A stretch of DNA of 59,968 nt, counting the filler, from Dimargaris cristalligena (lineage: Eukaryota), in assembly GCA_003614675.1 (NCBI GenBank). It is 11 parts of 11 records of this genome, joined end to end, with 100 filler letters (N's around TTAATTAATTAA, not from the genome) between each part and the next. Parts side by side here need not be neighbours in the genome. Positions count along the whole stretch, not along the records: positions 5,509 to 10,887 come from ML003638.1; positions 10,988 to 16,362 come from ML003639.1; positions 16,463 to 21,837 come from ML003640.1; positions 21,938 to 27,311 come from ML003641.1; 7 more parts are not named here. The stretch is one strand, 5' to 3'. Of the stretch, positions 10,043 through 23,234 are shown piece by piece. Position 1 is the stretch's first letter; each line of letters starts with the position of its first letter. The notes under the pieces are model-generated. The model ran no database searches. It saw nothing but the letters and a program-made list of their open reading frames with translations, and had not been told where the DNA came from. The translations under genes were made by a program, and so were the position numbers.

Positions 10043-13000
10043 AAATAGAAAGAAGGAGGTCGGTTCGTTATCATTGTGATTTAATATCATTACTTTATTA
10101 TTCAATTCATACCAGTTATATCATCGCTTATGTTGTTTTACACCTTTACTCTTTATTCACAGAGTTAGAGCCACCGTTTCGTTCCGCTATTCTATTCCTA
10201 TTTCTATTCTCATTGGATGATTATCTTAGCAAGGTGCTCTCCAGCCTCCAGCATTCTAGCTGACCAAATTAAAGAGATATTTAAAATTTTCTTCTCTTAA
10301 GTCAACAGTGGTAGGCTATTCGAATAGTTTATTCATGTGAATATATTTTTAGGGAACGCCAGCCCCGGCTAATATTCATTTATGCTTGAAATAGTTGGGA
10401 TACGACCATTCATTATTACACCCAATGTAATAATGGTGCATAAATTTCACGATTACATCAATAAGGATGAGCGCCCTATATATCAGCAAAGGTGAGCATA
10501 TGGGAGAAGTTCAATTAAGCTATATAACGATTTGAATGAAAGTTCCAATTGATGTAGCGGGACTATTTTTTTATCGAAACGGGAAATAGGTAGATCGATG
10601 GGACTTTTTTTTAAACCGAAGGAAAAATGATCCCCGACCCTGTGATCAATCATAAGACCTATAATAAATCTATGAATAATGACTCGGGAAAGCCAAAAAA
10701 AAAAGTGTACTATGTAAATTGATATCTGGCAACCGGACTAGTAGTAAATTAGCTTTCTTTAACTACTTTTTACTATTTTTCAATACTTTCTACTACTTAT
10801 TAAAGGACTATTCCTATACTGAATTAAATTACAATAAACTTAAACTTTCTTTTATATATAATCTTGCAGCTAGTGTATAGAAACTGTNNNNNNNNNNNNN
10901 NNNNNNNNNNNNNNNNNNNNNNNNNNNNNNNTTAATTAATTAANNNNNNNNNNNNNNNNNNNNNNNNNNNNNNNNNNNNNNNNNNNNTAGGTCTTCCGAA
11001 TACTCCTGCAAGGGTGTAACTGTAGGATGTGCAAGGATCACATGACGAAGGTTGCGACTAGTTTGTCTTGTGGAGAGGATAATCCATCCCGACCCATGTC
11101 AGTACATCTAGCTACACTTAGCCAAATAATCCCGAAGATACATCCGAAGCCAACAATTGATTTCATATACCAATAATAACGACGACGGGCCTTACGCCCG
11201 GATATGAACTGCATAACAAGTACAGCCCGAGGGCTATAATGAATTGATAGCAAACATCATGGATTTACCTCATGAGAGGGTGGTTCATGGACATTAAATA
11301 AACCTTATCCCTCTCATGTACCTCTTCCAGCGCATGCTGCGTTATAAACCAATGCATCTAAACTATTACGAAAGCAGAAATGAAGACGGTATTCATAAGG
11401 AGGATAACGCCACTAGGGAAAGAAATAGATATCGTGTCTTCCAATTTTGCTCCATATCTGTATTGTCTCGCTCCACTTTTCAGATGACCTGCTTGGAATA
11501 AAATCCCTCTAATAGGAAAATACGGGCCATGCCTGCTAACTAATACATGCATGATTATTCGATACATAGGTGGATCTGGGCCCATAGCGTCGGAGGGACC
11601 CCTTTGGTGTCACCTCTAGTCAACGCTATGGCCGTTTTGGAATAAACCACAGGTCATCTTAAGCACATGGACATCCGTGATCATCATTTAGAGGCATTGG
11701 AGGCGTGCCTAAACATTCATTTAAATATGAATGAGTAAAAATAGATTATTTGTACATGTGAATGGGTGGATGGATTGTGGCTTGAGGGAATGAAGCAGGT
11801 GAGGGTATAGCTTAAGCGGCTGAGGAAGAACATTTTTCCTGCCAAATGTCCATACCCAAGGCTTTAGGGTCAGCGTGTCAGCGTGTCAGCTAGCCGGTAT
11901 AGATATCCGAAGCCGGGTGGTAGAATAAGGGGCACCCGACTATTTTTCTATCCCGATTCTGGTAGGTATAGTAGAGTTCGCTTTACATTCCGTTTAGTCG
12001 AGTTAACATTTTACCTTGAGGCGATACCTGATAACAACTATACATTAGCCTAGTCTTAAGACACCGAATTCCTTAGATAACCTAAAACGGATGGATCCAG
12101 CCGCCCTACCCCTAAGGGATCGAGGTGGTAGCGAAGGGTGCCACGCCTTGATTTCATCCTGTAAGGGACAAGAATATATTTTTCCTGCTGCCTCTAGCCT
12201 GATATACTGGAGCAGTGGCTTAGTCCCGCAACTCTATCTTTCTTGGGCGCTCCTCCGATTGTATCAGCTGTTCGCTCTTTAGAAATGGCATGATGGTTCC
12301 CGATAACGACTGAGTAAACGTTTGGTTTTTTAAAATCTAGCCCAGGAATTAAATGGGTGGATAGAACCATCGGGTGTATCAATCACTTTTCTGATCGTGG
12401 TGCCATTTAACCAACTCCTGAAGGAAACTGTCTGGAGGCTGTCTGGAACAATGTCCTTTGGATTGGGTCTATTGCTGCCGTAAAACCTACCCCATATTAT
12501 CCATAGCGAATGTATTGATATTGTGAACCCAATGGTTGCACCCAGCTTCGCACTAAAATGGCGGATATTTGAATAGTGTCCAATTCCCCTTACCAATACT
12601 GTACCCACAGGCTATCTGATGCGGTGTCTATAAGTAACACCCTATTTTCATTGGTGCATAATATTAACCCTAAGAACATTTATAATCGCAGAAAGAAAAA
12701 CAAATAATCCCAAATAATTCGTCGGCTGCGCCTAAAAGGTGTAACAGTTGGTTGGCTGAAGAAAGTATGAGACGTTCCAAAATCCAGCCAGTAATATAAT
12801 GCTTGTGATGTAGTTCCACTTGTAAGAGTCTCGACAAGATGATTAAACATGGTTGGCTGATTTTGGTAGGCTAAAAAAAATGAAAAAAGAACTTTGGAGG
12901 GGGAGAATTCTTGAGGGTCAAACCAGGCTGCCTTTAGCTAAGGGGAAATTGGAGACCAAGAGGTGTGGTGGGGCCGCCTCTTTCTGTACCACACGATTGG

Positions 13001-15682
13001 CGTACGGTAAAATAAAATCCCGAACTTGTTTTCCGTTAATAGCAGCTACTGGACGCCACATCTACAAGTCCAATGGGACATGGAATATAAGCGTGGTAAA
13101 ACGGCTTTCCGATTGTCGCGCGCTCCTAGAAACAAGAACGCACCACAGAGCCCATTTCCACAATTCTACAATGCCGTGATTCGTTCACCACTTGCGCCGT
13201 TCATTGTCTTTTTTTATATTATTTTTTCAATTAAAAACCGTACAGCCTTTAAGGGTTTCCCATCCGTCAAATCCGGAAATGATTATTGTCAATGTCGCAA
13301 TGCATAGGCAGGCCATTGGGCGGCAGGGGAACGGAACGGTGGGGGAGCAAATGGAAAAGTGGGCATTAATCGTTGGTCTAATTGGATCAAGTCGTTCGAG
13401 AGAATGGTTGCCAATATATGGCAGGATCAACTCAGTAAAGTAGTAAGTAGCTCCGACTCACTTTCCTAGTGGACATGTCTGCTGCTCAGCGACCAATGGA
13501 CCAACGAAAAAATAATTGCAATCGAATGGTCAGCCAGCTACTCGGCGTGAGACCTCGCCTAATCTCTTATCCGGCCGAACGCTGCGGTTTCAGACGCCCC
13601 ATTTTTTTCGAATCCAATGACCCGCTCAAGCATGGCAGGAATTATGAATGGATAATGAGTAGGTGGTTTCGTACTTTTCATGAAAATGATGAGCACCGAG
13701 GCAAGAGAAGAGGGAGTGGGGGCTCTTCACATGATACCGCCTGGCATCTTCGTACTTTCCGGCATCCAGAAAGGATCAAGCAGGTGTCGAAATGGTGTAC
13801 TGGATGTAGATTACAGAGTATGTGAACCAGAGGTGACGCCACACTGCCGATTAATGTACCATCCGTGGCCCTACACCGACGCGGAATGGATAGACCGAGA
13901 GCAACGTATAAAGGTTGGTCAAATTAAACCAGGTGGGCTGCGAGAAGAGGGCACATGGGAGGGGGGTTAGCAAATGGGTTATCAACCGTCTCTAAAAATG
14001 ACCCATCCCCGTACTATATAATATACTTATTTACAACTAAACCAGGGTTAGGGTCCACGAATACGTACATCCGACCAGTTGGATTTTATGTGGGCTGAAG
14101 GGGGTGGTAAGGAGAAGCAACTTTTGCGATTAATAGGCTGTACTTGTTGTCCTTTGAGGTGGTAAACGGCTGGCTTGCTTTAGAATGCCCCCATCGGCGG
14201 GGGTCTCTATATGAATGATAGAATCGACGGGGGCGCATTCCTTCCGCCACCTCCGATTTCTTCCTGATATTAATGGCAGAGAATCTGCTGAGTAATAGCC
14301 TGCTAAGATTGCTATCGCTACCACTATTCAACCGTCAGATCTACCCTCAGTTAGAAAGATAAAAAACAGCATATTCAATAGCCTAAGTGGATATTTCACC
14401 GATTGGCTATCACTCCTCACCGCCTCGTTTCCGTTAGGTCGACTAACTGAGATGCCTTAGCTTTGGTAGAGTATCACTTGCCGTCCGCCCTGTCCAATAA
14501 CGATCACTGGGATAGTTCTGGTATGAGATGGTGTGGCCCAAACCGACTTCATCTAATTGGACCCTGGTGGGAAGACCAGCGGGGTGCCTAAAACCAGCCG
14601 AATAATCCACTGGAACAGTCGGTCGGCTGACTCCTAGTGTCACTGGTTGTATATATTATATACATGAATAGGATTTGCTATTGTAAAAGCCGGACATCTA
14701 AGGTATTATTGAATAGGGCGCGTGTATCGGCGTATCTAATAAGAGGTCGCCTGTGGCTCATAATCCAGCACTGGCTAGCGAGATCCCCTGGGAAAATGCA
14801 TCAAAGGATACTACCGTGTGCGCATGGTGGTCGTGAGCCCTGCGCTGCCCAGTCAGTGTCAAATAACCACGGAACAGTAGAAAACAGGAAAGGGGAGAAG
14901 AGTGATTAGGCTGATATGTCGATTAATATGCCTATGTGCCTGGCCAAGTCGCCCTATAAAAACTCTATGCTGACCTCTCCCCCCCTTTGCACATAATCGG
15001 ACCTCCTATCCTCCATATACTCCTCCTCTCCTCTCGTACCTTCTGGATCCGAGGTCTTCAGCTGTGGTTTGACTCACCTCTCTTACCTCAGCCGGCGTTT
15101 TCTTCTCGCACATGTGCCCCTGTTGTTCAGTCGGCATCCGGGTTTCACTCACGTATACACTATTCATCTACTCTGGCCGATACTCTTGAGTCTATCGTTC
15201 GTTCAACTAGCTCTGCTGACCATCGTCCCTCGCTCTTACTTTCCATTTACTCCAAGCGGTGCTGTATGTTATTATAGTGTTTATCAGTAACCCCGTCCCA
15301 GTTCAGGTGCCTTTAGTAGTCGGTGGTGGTTTATCTCCGTAAACGTACTCTTCTTTTCCTTGATACTGTCTATTTTTATTCCTGTACATTTTTATTTGAT
15401 TTTATATCGCCTGTTCATCATTTCATTTATTAGGGCAGCTTCCATCCTTTTATTTATATATATACATATATATTTGCTACTTATTCGATCGACTATCACT
15501 GTGGTCTTGTCGGTGGTTTTGAGCCTCAACTGTGGTTTAGCGGTCGAAATTCGGTATCACCCCTGAGCCCGTGGCCATGTTTACAGAGCAGTGTCACCAT
15601 CACTAAGTACCTTTCTTCCTCACACTGTATCAGTATATATAATTTAATCGCCACTTTCCAAAAACATACACACACACACAAA

Positions 15683-16362
15683 ATGGCCGAATCACCAGAT
15701 ACCCACGATATTACGGGTGCTTTCTATACGGAAAGTGACATACACCCACCGCACGAGGTGCATGGCGTGAAACACGGTCTCACCATGAAGCCCGAGAGCC
15801 GGGATGTCGTCCAGATGCTGGGTGAAAAGGCGGCCGAAAGTCGCATCATTGAGAATGCCGGCCCTGGCGACTTGGACGACTCCTCGAACGCGGATGGCGA
15901 ACATCCGGAACCCACGGACGAGGAGTGGGACACCCTGCGCCACGTAATTGACAAAATCCCGGTGGCCGCGTTGTTCGTGGTGGTGACGGAGTTTTGCGAA
16001 CGGTTCACCTACTACGGCTTGTCGGGTCCCTTCCAGAACTACATTCAGTTCCCGTACGACCCGAGTCAGCACGAACAGCCGGGTGCCATTGACGGTGGCC
16101 ACCAAATGGCAACCGGGCTAACGACCTTTTTCCAGTTCTTTTGTTACCTGACCCCGATTTTCGGAGCCATTGTTGCCGACCAGTACTTGGGTAAGGTGCG
16201 GGCTATCATCATTTTTTCGCTAACCTACGTGGTGGGCCTGATCATTTTGACCTGCACTTCGATCCCCGGCGCCATTCGGGCGGGGGCGGCGTTGCCCGGT
16301 CTCATTATTGCCATGATCATCATCGGGGTCGGTACCGGTGGTATCAAGTCCAACGTATCCCA
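15683..16362 (+). CDS. PTR2: POT/PTR family peptide transporter, 3'-truncated
   Basis: EFCERFTYYG (ExxERFxYYG) motif, GAIVADQYLGK, GTGGIKSNVS and several hydrophobic helices. An A-rich context precedes the ATG. Confidence 0.92.
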
Positions 16363-16462
16363 NNNNNNNNNNNNNNNNNNNNNNNNNNNNNNNNNNNNNN
16401 NNNNNNTTAATTAATTAANNNNNNNNNNNNNNNNNNNNNNNNNNNNNNNNNNNNNNNNNNNN

Positions 16463-16567
16463 CCCCTAACACTAGTAGCCCGCTTGGCCGTGCCCAACAC
16501 CCCGCCTACTGTTAGAAGCCTACCCCCGAGACTCTTGACAGACTAAGAGTGGTTAACTCGGGCGACA
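16463..16567 (+). repeat. LTR family B, 3' end fragment at contig start
   Basis: Matches 53700-53800 (ACTCTTGACAGACTAAGAGTGGTTAAC) and ends GGGCGACA. Confidence 0.85.
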
Positions 16568-17926
16568 TACTCTAATAGTGTTATTAACTGTGGAGTATAT
16601 AGGCCTAAAGGATAGTCTATCCATAGGTCATGGATTGTGACTGCCTAAGTCACTGTAAAGCCAACAATCTAGTGCAGGAAGGTACTCATCCCATATACCC
16701 AAAATTCTGGTGGTTATATTCAGGGCATTTCTGCTATACAATCCAGAGTTGGCATATGTACTAGGCATGGTTCCGGCCCTTACTCTTCTATTTATAATTT
16801 GGCCACTGACCACTGTAAGAAAGTATATCTTTTCTTTATGCTCCTATTGCACAGGATCACTAACCTAGAATTGTCTCACAAATATAATACAGGTCTCCAG
16901 TGGCCTTTTTTTTGGTATGCCACTTGGGTGAATGCGTAAATTCATTGATGATCCCACACAGTTCAACCCCCTTATTTTGGTCCTGATAGCCGCCTACTCA
17001 TTTGAATGATCGACAGTTGCATCACTACTTCCAGTTTTTGTAGTCCATAAGTCAACCAGGGTCATATAGCCAGCGGAGTGGCGGAGATGCAATCGTCCAA
17101 TGGGCTTCTTATACCCTTCAAGGGACTCGGTCTAGATATAAGGTTCGAGAGGGATGACATCCGGGAAATAAAATTTAAGAATATAGCCCAGTAATATATT
17201 TTCGAATAGGCTAGCGTAAATGCACGAGGTAAGGAGCAAGTGTATTGTACCATGATGACGTTAGTGGCAGTAGTAACAACAGGGGAGGTGATCTAGCACA
17301 AATTATCATCCAAAGGCCCATTTCACACAGTATTTGTGGTTAAATAGGGGCGAAACTTGAGGGCGACGTATGTTACCAAGGATAGCGGATAATAGTTAAA
17401 CAATGACCACTGTGGACAGTGCGACCATTAACTAATGTACCAGATCCACATCTGTAGGTTGGTAGAAAGTGTATGTTGTAAGGTGTATATTTTTGGTATT
17501 CACTACTCGCTACACGCAGATACCCTACAGACACTAGAGTTCGCAACATTTTAACAATTTGTAATTAATAAATGACCTGAAACGGAAACCAGACGGTATA
17601 CTAGAGCCCCCCTTGTCGTCAGAGATCCCCCAGAGCACTTGGCACAGTAATATAATATTTACGCAGGTTCAACCTGTCGTCCACTTATAGCATTGGCAAG
17701 CAGACGAATATACTTTTCAGAATAACAGGGAATTTATTGTCGGATATATCACTATAAAAGGGCAGGAATGGATAAGCAAGGCTGCGTGCAACAAACCGTA
17801 GGATAACTAATCCGGATAATCGTGCAATAGGGGCTAGAATGCAAACTCATTAGTGGGTAGGATGGTAATATAGAGTGGCCAAAGCCTGGTATACCCAAGG
17901 CTGGTCCACCCCTGTACTCTAAATGG

Positions 17927-18973
17927 CTATTCCTGGGGCTTGAAGTCCTTCTCATTGTGCTGGAAGAACTGTTTGATGGTACTGGGCTTGTGACCCAGCA
18001 TCTTCTCGAGGTCCTTGGTTACTTCATCCATGTGGCCCTTGTTAATGTGCTCGAAAATCTCCAGCATACACTCAATCTCTTCCTCGTGCAGCTGGCCGTG
18101 TTCCTTGAAGTAGTGCTCGAGCTCGTCCATGGAAATGCGCCTAAACTCGAACTTGGTGCCCAGGGCGTCACCGGCCTCCTTGGCAATGCATTCACCGGTC
18201 ACCTTCTCAGGGCCTGTGACGCAGATTACGTGGGCCTTGCCCTCCGACATCCAGTCCTGGTGCTTATCAACGTCGAGAATGTCAGAAGTATGGTGGTCAC
18301 CCTGCTTCTTCAGGTACTTGCTCGCCAAACACATGTACCCGGTGGCCAGGTCAAACATGGCCATGGGCGCAAACCTCTGATCTTTAATTGGCAGGGGGAT
18401 TTGGCTCTCACCCTGGATACTATCCTGGAAGAAGTACAAGTGATCCATGGGCAGGGCCATCCGGAGGACCATGGCATGAATCCGACGGCGGTGCAGCAGC
18501 AGTTGCTCATGTCTGCCACTCTCAACGTACTCCTTGAACATCTTTTCCATGTGGCAGACCATTTTCAGGCCACGGCCTTCGGCCTTATCAAGGTTAAGCA
18601 CCGACAGCATGGTCAAGCAGCGAACGTTGGCATCCTTGGCGCACTCCAGGAAACACTTCCACAGCTTGGGGACATGCTGTTCGCCGGACTGGGAGAGGTG
18701 CTGGTGGACAGGCACCAGGACCACGGCGTCGGCCTCCTTGAAGTACTTGCCGATATCCTGCTTGTGGTCCTCGCTGTACTTGAACAGGTGTACGCGGTCT
18801 TCCTTGCGGAGAATCTTGGCCCACTCGCGGTTCTCGTCGGTCACACCACAGTAGATTTTCTCGATACAGTCGCGGGCCTTGCCGTGCAACAGTCCGTAGC
18901 AGAAGCTGAAGCCGATCCACTGGTCACAGGAGGTGACGCAGAGGGTGATTTTGTTGGAGCGGAGGCAGGTCAT
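17927..18973 (-). CDS. NmrA-like atypical SDR / NAD(P)-binding Rossmann-fold protein
   Basis: Intronless ORF with strong codon bias from ATG 18973 (MTCLRSNK). Degenerate Rossmann strand ITLCVTSCDQWIG; family-like FAPMAMFDLA, VTGPEKVTGECIA and VTKDLEKMLGHKPSTIKQFF. Confidence 0.75.
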   Translation of the reverse strand: MTCLRSNKITLCVTSCDQWIGFSFCYGLLHGKARDCIEKIYCGVTDENREWAKILRKEDRVHLFKYSEDHKQDIGKYFKEADAVVLVPVHQHLSQSGEQHVPKLWKCFLECAKDANVRCLTMLSVLNLDKAEGRGLKMVCHMEKMFKEYVESGRHEQLLLHRRRIHAMVLRMALPMDHLYFFQDSIQGESQIPLPIKDQRFAPMAMFDLATGYMCLASKYLKKQGDHHTSDILDVDKHQDWMSEGKAHVICVTGPEKVTGECIAKEAGDALGTKFEFRRISMDELEHYFKEHGQLHEEEIECMLEIFEHINKGHMDEVTKDLEKMLGHKPSTIKQFFQHNEKDFKPQE

Positions 18974-19122
18974 GGTGAGGGTGTTGGAGGTGGAAGTGCG
19001 AAGTTGTAGTGAAAGTAGCGGGGTTGGGAATTGAAGTGTATTGGCAATAATGAGGTATGCTGAGATAATGGTATGATGGTTCAAGTTGGACTGAAGAATC
19101 CATTGAGGAAGGTAAGGGCTGC

Positions 19123-19132
19123 TTTTTATATA
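19123..19132 (-). promoter_or_regulatory. Putative TATA box of the NmrA-like gene
   Basis: TATATAAAAA on the minus strand, about 150 nt upstream of the ATG. Confidence 0.5.
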
Positions 19133-21552
19133 ATGGTCATATAGCTTCTTTCAAAGCCAGGAAATGTGGCCCCACTTCCATCTATATCACCCATGCAAGT
19201 GATAAAAGGTTGCTTTGCCTATGGAATCAAATATTAAATTAATATCACAGAGCGCAGTCACGTTCCCATCATCTCCAAATGTATATCACACATAGGTTCG
19301 ATGGCAATCATATAATCCACAAATGGCCAGTGCTAGTTTACTCACCTTGATGAGGCAGGTCGAAGCTAAGGGATCATTCGGCTACACATGCAGTGGGAAT
19401 ACACCCTGATATGTTCAGCACCTCACCCAATCATGTTGGAAAAGGTCCGGAGTCTTGAGTAGTTCCGCCGGCATTGTTTTCTGTGTTAGGCTTTCGGCAG
19501 TGGGATTTGTGATGAATGGGCGGGGGTATATCATATTCATGGGGGGTTTAAGTGAAGTAGGATTTGATTAAGGGATATCTATAGTATAGTCAGGGGGCAA
19601 TGTCGAAGGGAGAGAGAACACATTGCATTGAAAGTGATGTATAATTATTTATAGAGGTGAATATTGGTAATAATCGGTGTTCGCATGCTGTTCCAGCCCA
19701 AGTAGTGTGCCGGGCCGCTTCAAAGCTCCAGCTGGAAATATTAACAAAATAATTCAATCCTATCGAGGTATATCAGTATTCAACAATCATATTATCCTCT
19801 CCGTGGAGATGAGCAATTTCATCTTTGGAATACCCGACGACGGAAGCCATTTAACCATCAGAAACGAATAGCTAGTGTCTAGTGTCTAGTGGTGTAGTGG
19901 GAAGTAGATTGTATGTGCCCATAGTTGACAGTGAATTCCGACTCTAGTAATAGTGGGAATATGCATGCGATGAAAACGCGATCCTCCACTGGATCTGTTG
20001 ACAAGGATAGTGTTAAAGCCAAAGACGTCACTCTGTTAGATATAGAGGTGCTGCTCCTAATGGAAGAAGTGCTGCTCCACTTTTATCTAAACCACCAGTT
20101 TTGCCGTTTTGGCGGAAGACACCGACTTGGATAATGGGCCAAAGTATGCTCAAGCTAGATTCCAATCAGAATCTATTGATGGAATGTATTGTATCGTTTT
20201 GTAGCCATTTTTGCAGTTGAAAATGTATCTGTATTTAGAATTCACATTCCCAACGCCACTGGTGGCATTGGGTCAAGTCAGTTTCTAAGCTAAACAGACC
20301 TTCCCTTTTCAGTTATGGTGATGGTAGAAGAGAGGGCATCTGTTGATGCACCAAATTCCCCACCATCTATAGGGTGAGATCTCCATGTGCACTGGAGCTG
20401 GCGGATTTCTTACAAGCAGCTGTTCCCCAGGAAGTGTACTACCTGGGAGGTCCGGCCTATTGCCAGCAGCCTTTGGGTTTCACAAGGAGGCAGTGGCCTC
20501 CTTATCAGCATGGCAAAAAGTCGCAGTGGCCAGCTCCCTGGTTGTTGAAGACTAGAGGTTCACGGAGTTAGAGGAGACAAGGGCCGAGTTGAGTGTCATT
20601 ATGCTGAGGTTACAGAGGGGTGGATGGGTAGTAAACCAGATGGGGAACAGGGGAATAAATGAGGAGTGTCAAAGTTTATTAAGAAACAATAAAAACAAGG
20701 GAGTTGATAATTAATAATCAATAAAAGTTGTTATCGAGTTCAAGGAATATTAAAATGAGTTTAAAATTTAAATGAGTGATGATTGTTGTCCCAAACAAGT
20801 GGGAATTCACTGGTTACTTATGTAACCATCCTATGGGCCTTAGGGGCTGCTGGATACAAGAAAAGGGACATAGAAAAAGGGTCAAGAATGGAACAAGATG
20901 GAATGACAAGGAATTCACCAAAAAATAGGTCAGACTTTTAAATGCAAGGAAGAATAGTGGACTTTTTTAATGCAAACTGTGAGTATAAAGAAATAAGTAA
21001 TATTTTGTTAGTTTTTTGTGTATGCCACAGTATAGGTGGTATATTTTTTTTGTGGGTAAATGATGGGAATGATACCACCATTGCATATCATGGCATACTC
21101 TGCCCTCTGACAATGAGGACTGGCTGTCCATAGTCTGGGGATAAGTGCCAACCTCCGGATGGTACTACAGAAGCATGGCTGGCAGTATTCAAAGGGATAT
21201 ATATATATATATATATTATATAAACTGACAATGCTGTAGAAAAGCACCATGGGAAATATCCCAACTCATATTACATAGCAAATGATATAAATAAGATGCA
21301 GCAGGATTATCTTACAAAGCTGTGATGATATACCAATGAGAGGAAATTGACAAAAATTCTGGATACAGATGGCACTTGGGAAAATAGTTCTGGTGGTTAT
21401 TGTCTGGGAATTACATTGAAATAGGGCTTTTTGGGTATTTATATTACAAGCATAGTATTTATGGGGACCGAACATGGTATACACTATGTGGGGGCTAATA
21501 ATGGTTTACCAATGTCTTTTTCCTTTGGCACAGTTATATATTCAGATATACA

Positions 21553-21625
21553 TGTTACCTGAGTTAACCACTCTTAGTCCATCAAGAGTCTCGGGGATAG
21601 GCTTCTAATGGTAGGTAGGGCATTG
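21553..21625 (-). repeat. LTR family B, 3' end fragment
   Basis: TGTTACCTGAGTTAACCACTCTTAGTCCATCAAGAGTCTCGGGGATAGGCTTCTAA is the reverse complement of the family B terminus. Confidence 0.8.
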
Positions 21626-21937
21626 TCACAGTGTGGTGGTGTCAAGCTACTAAAATGAACAACAAAAATATATCAAAAGGGTAGGGTGGCTTCTCCAGGC
21701 AAACTGGTTTGTCACTCAAATGAAAATATTAATAAAACCAACTTTATAAAGTTTTTAACCAAAGTAATCCAATATGAAAAATACTTGTTTGGAAGCTCAA
21801 AAGGTCAGTCCTTGGCAACCACAACTTGAAGTATAAANNNNNNNNNNNNNNNNNNNNNNNNNNNNNNNNNNNNNNNNNNNNTTAATTAATTAANNNNNNN
21901 NNNNNNNNNNNNNNNNNNNNNNNNNNNNNNNNNNNNN

Positions 21938-22450
21938 GATATCCAGTACCTGCACAAAACCCACCCCCATGCTAGCCCGTTTCGGGCGGCACGTAACCAA
22001 CTGGTTGGCCGACAGCACTATCGGTCAGTAGGATTAACCCACTGCGGGGATCCCCATTGGGCCCCGCCCCCGCCCCTGCGCACCCTCCTACTATCCCCTG
22101 TGTATCAGACTTATAACCATTTAATCCGCATGGTCTACCGAAGCTGGTACTCCATGGTGTGGTTTATGCTTCTTCTCCTGGGACTGGAAATCGTGGTTGT
22201 GCTGGTGGTTTACCAGATGGGTCGACCCGACAGTGAAGGGCCGCTATTCGGCTCGCTAGGACAATGGTGGTCCCAAAGTACGTCCACCCTACTTGGTCCC
22301 ATGGATCTTCGCGAGCCTTTCCGGGGCTCATGGCTCGTTGGGACCTACCACTGGTGCCAGAGATTAGGTCGGGATCCGGGGCGAACAATAGCCTGGGCCC
22401 GCTATTGGCTGGAGGATTACGTCCGTGTATTTATCGCCCAACTCGGTTGA
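21938..22450 (+). CDS. Hypothetical protein, C-terminal fragment with one transmembrane segment
   Basis: Frame is open from the contig edge to TGA 22450 and contains the hydrophobic stretch MVWFMLLLLGLEIVVVLVVY. GC-rich relative to the downstream flank. No family recognised. Confidence 0.4.
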   Translation, partial: DIQYLHKTHPHASPFRAARNQLVGRQHYRSVGLTHCGDPHWAPPPPLRTLLLSPVYQTYNHLIRMVYRSWYSMVWFMLLLLGLEIVVVLVVYQMGRPDSEGPLFGSLGQWWSQSTSTLLGPMDLREPFRGSWLVGTYHWCQRLGRDPGRTIAWARYWLEDYVRVFIAQLG

Positions 22451-23234
22451 CTCGACCAGCATCAATAGAACTTACGACACGATCACCTTCGACTTTTCTA
22501 CATCCATGGCCATTGTCACTTTCTCTGGGCGCTCTAGTAATTATCGGTTAGTTAGTGCCATTTTAGTTATAAATTGCAGTGGCAGGTGTTTCTTGCCATT
22601 TACCACTATACTTTTACGGAATAATTAGAACGGATTCACCGTATAGGCCGTGGCGCTAAACGGCAATAGAGACGCCAATCTAGCCAATACGAATACTCAA
22701 AGGACAGTCAGTCAGCAGGATGGGTGGGTGGTATCATTATTACTATTATTATTATTGATGGTAGTAGTAGTATTATTACTAGAAGAAGGGATTACATTAT
22801 CAGTACCTGATATGATCCATGAAGAGTGAAATGAGGAAGCGCCATTGTCCATCACAAACACTTGCCAACAATTTAAATAACCAGTCAAGAGTTAGATGGG
22901 CCAAATGGAATTTGGAGGGCGTGGTACATGGGCGAAAGTAAATTATGGGGAAGCAATTAAGAGACATGTGGGTCGTAAACTATAAAAAGGGAATCTCGTA
23001 TGTATAGCTATTAAATTTGGGCTAATGGGGGAGGGAGGAACGGTGAAATTAAAGGGCATAGTGCGTGCTGGCCGAGTCAAGCCCATGCCAAAGGAAGGGG
23101 GGGACGTGGTGCGAGAAGAGGTGAAGAAGAGTATAGGGGATAAGCCCCTTTCTCCCCCTATCAATGATCCACATGCCCTCCCCCGCACAAGTATATATTT
23201 AAAAAAGAAAAGAAAGGATCAGAAGACGATTAAT

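Noticed and set aside
11220-11520. Possible fungal kinase (FunK1-like) relic, FQFCSISVL
   Set aside because: The resemblance is too short and no catalytic motifs can be recovered.
17957-19009. 350-aa plus-strand ORF (also 23280-24251 + and 9236-9976 -)
   Set aside because: These are antisense shadows of genes with strong codon bias and show no independent motifs.
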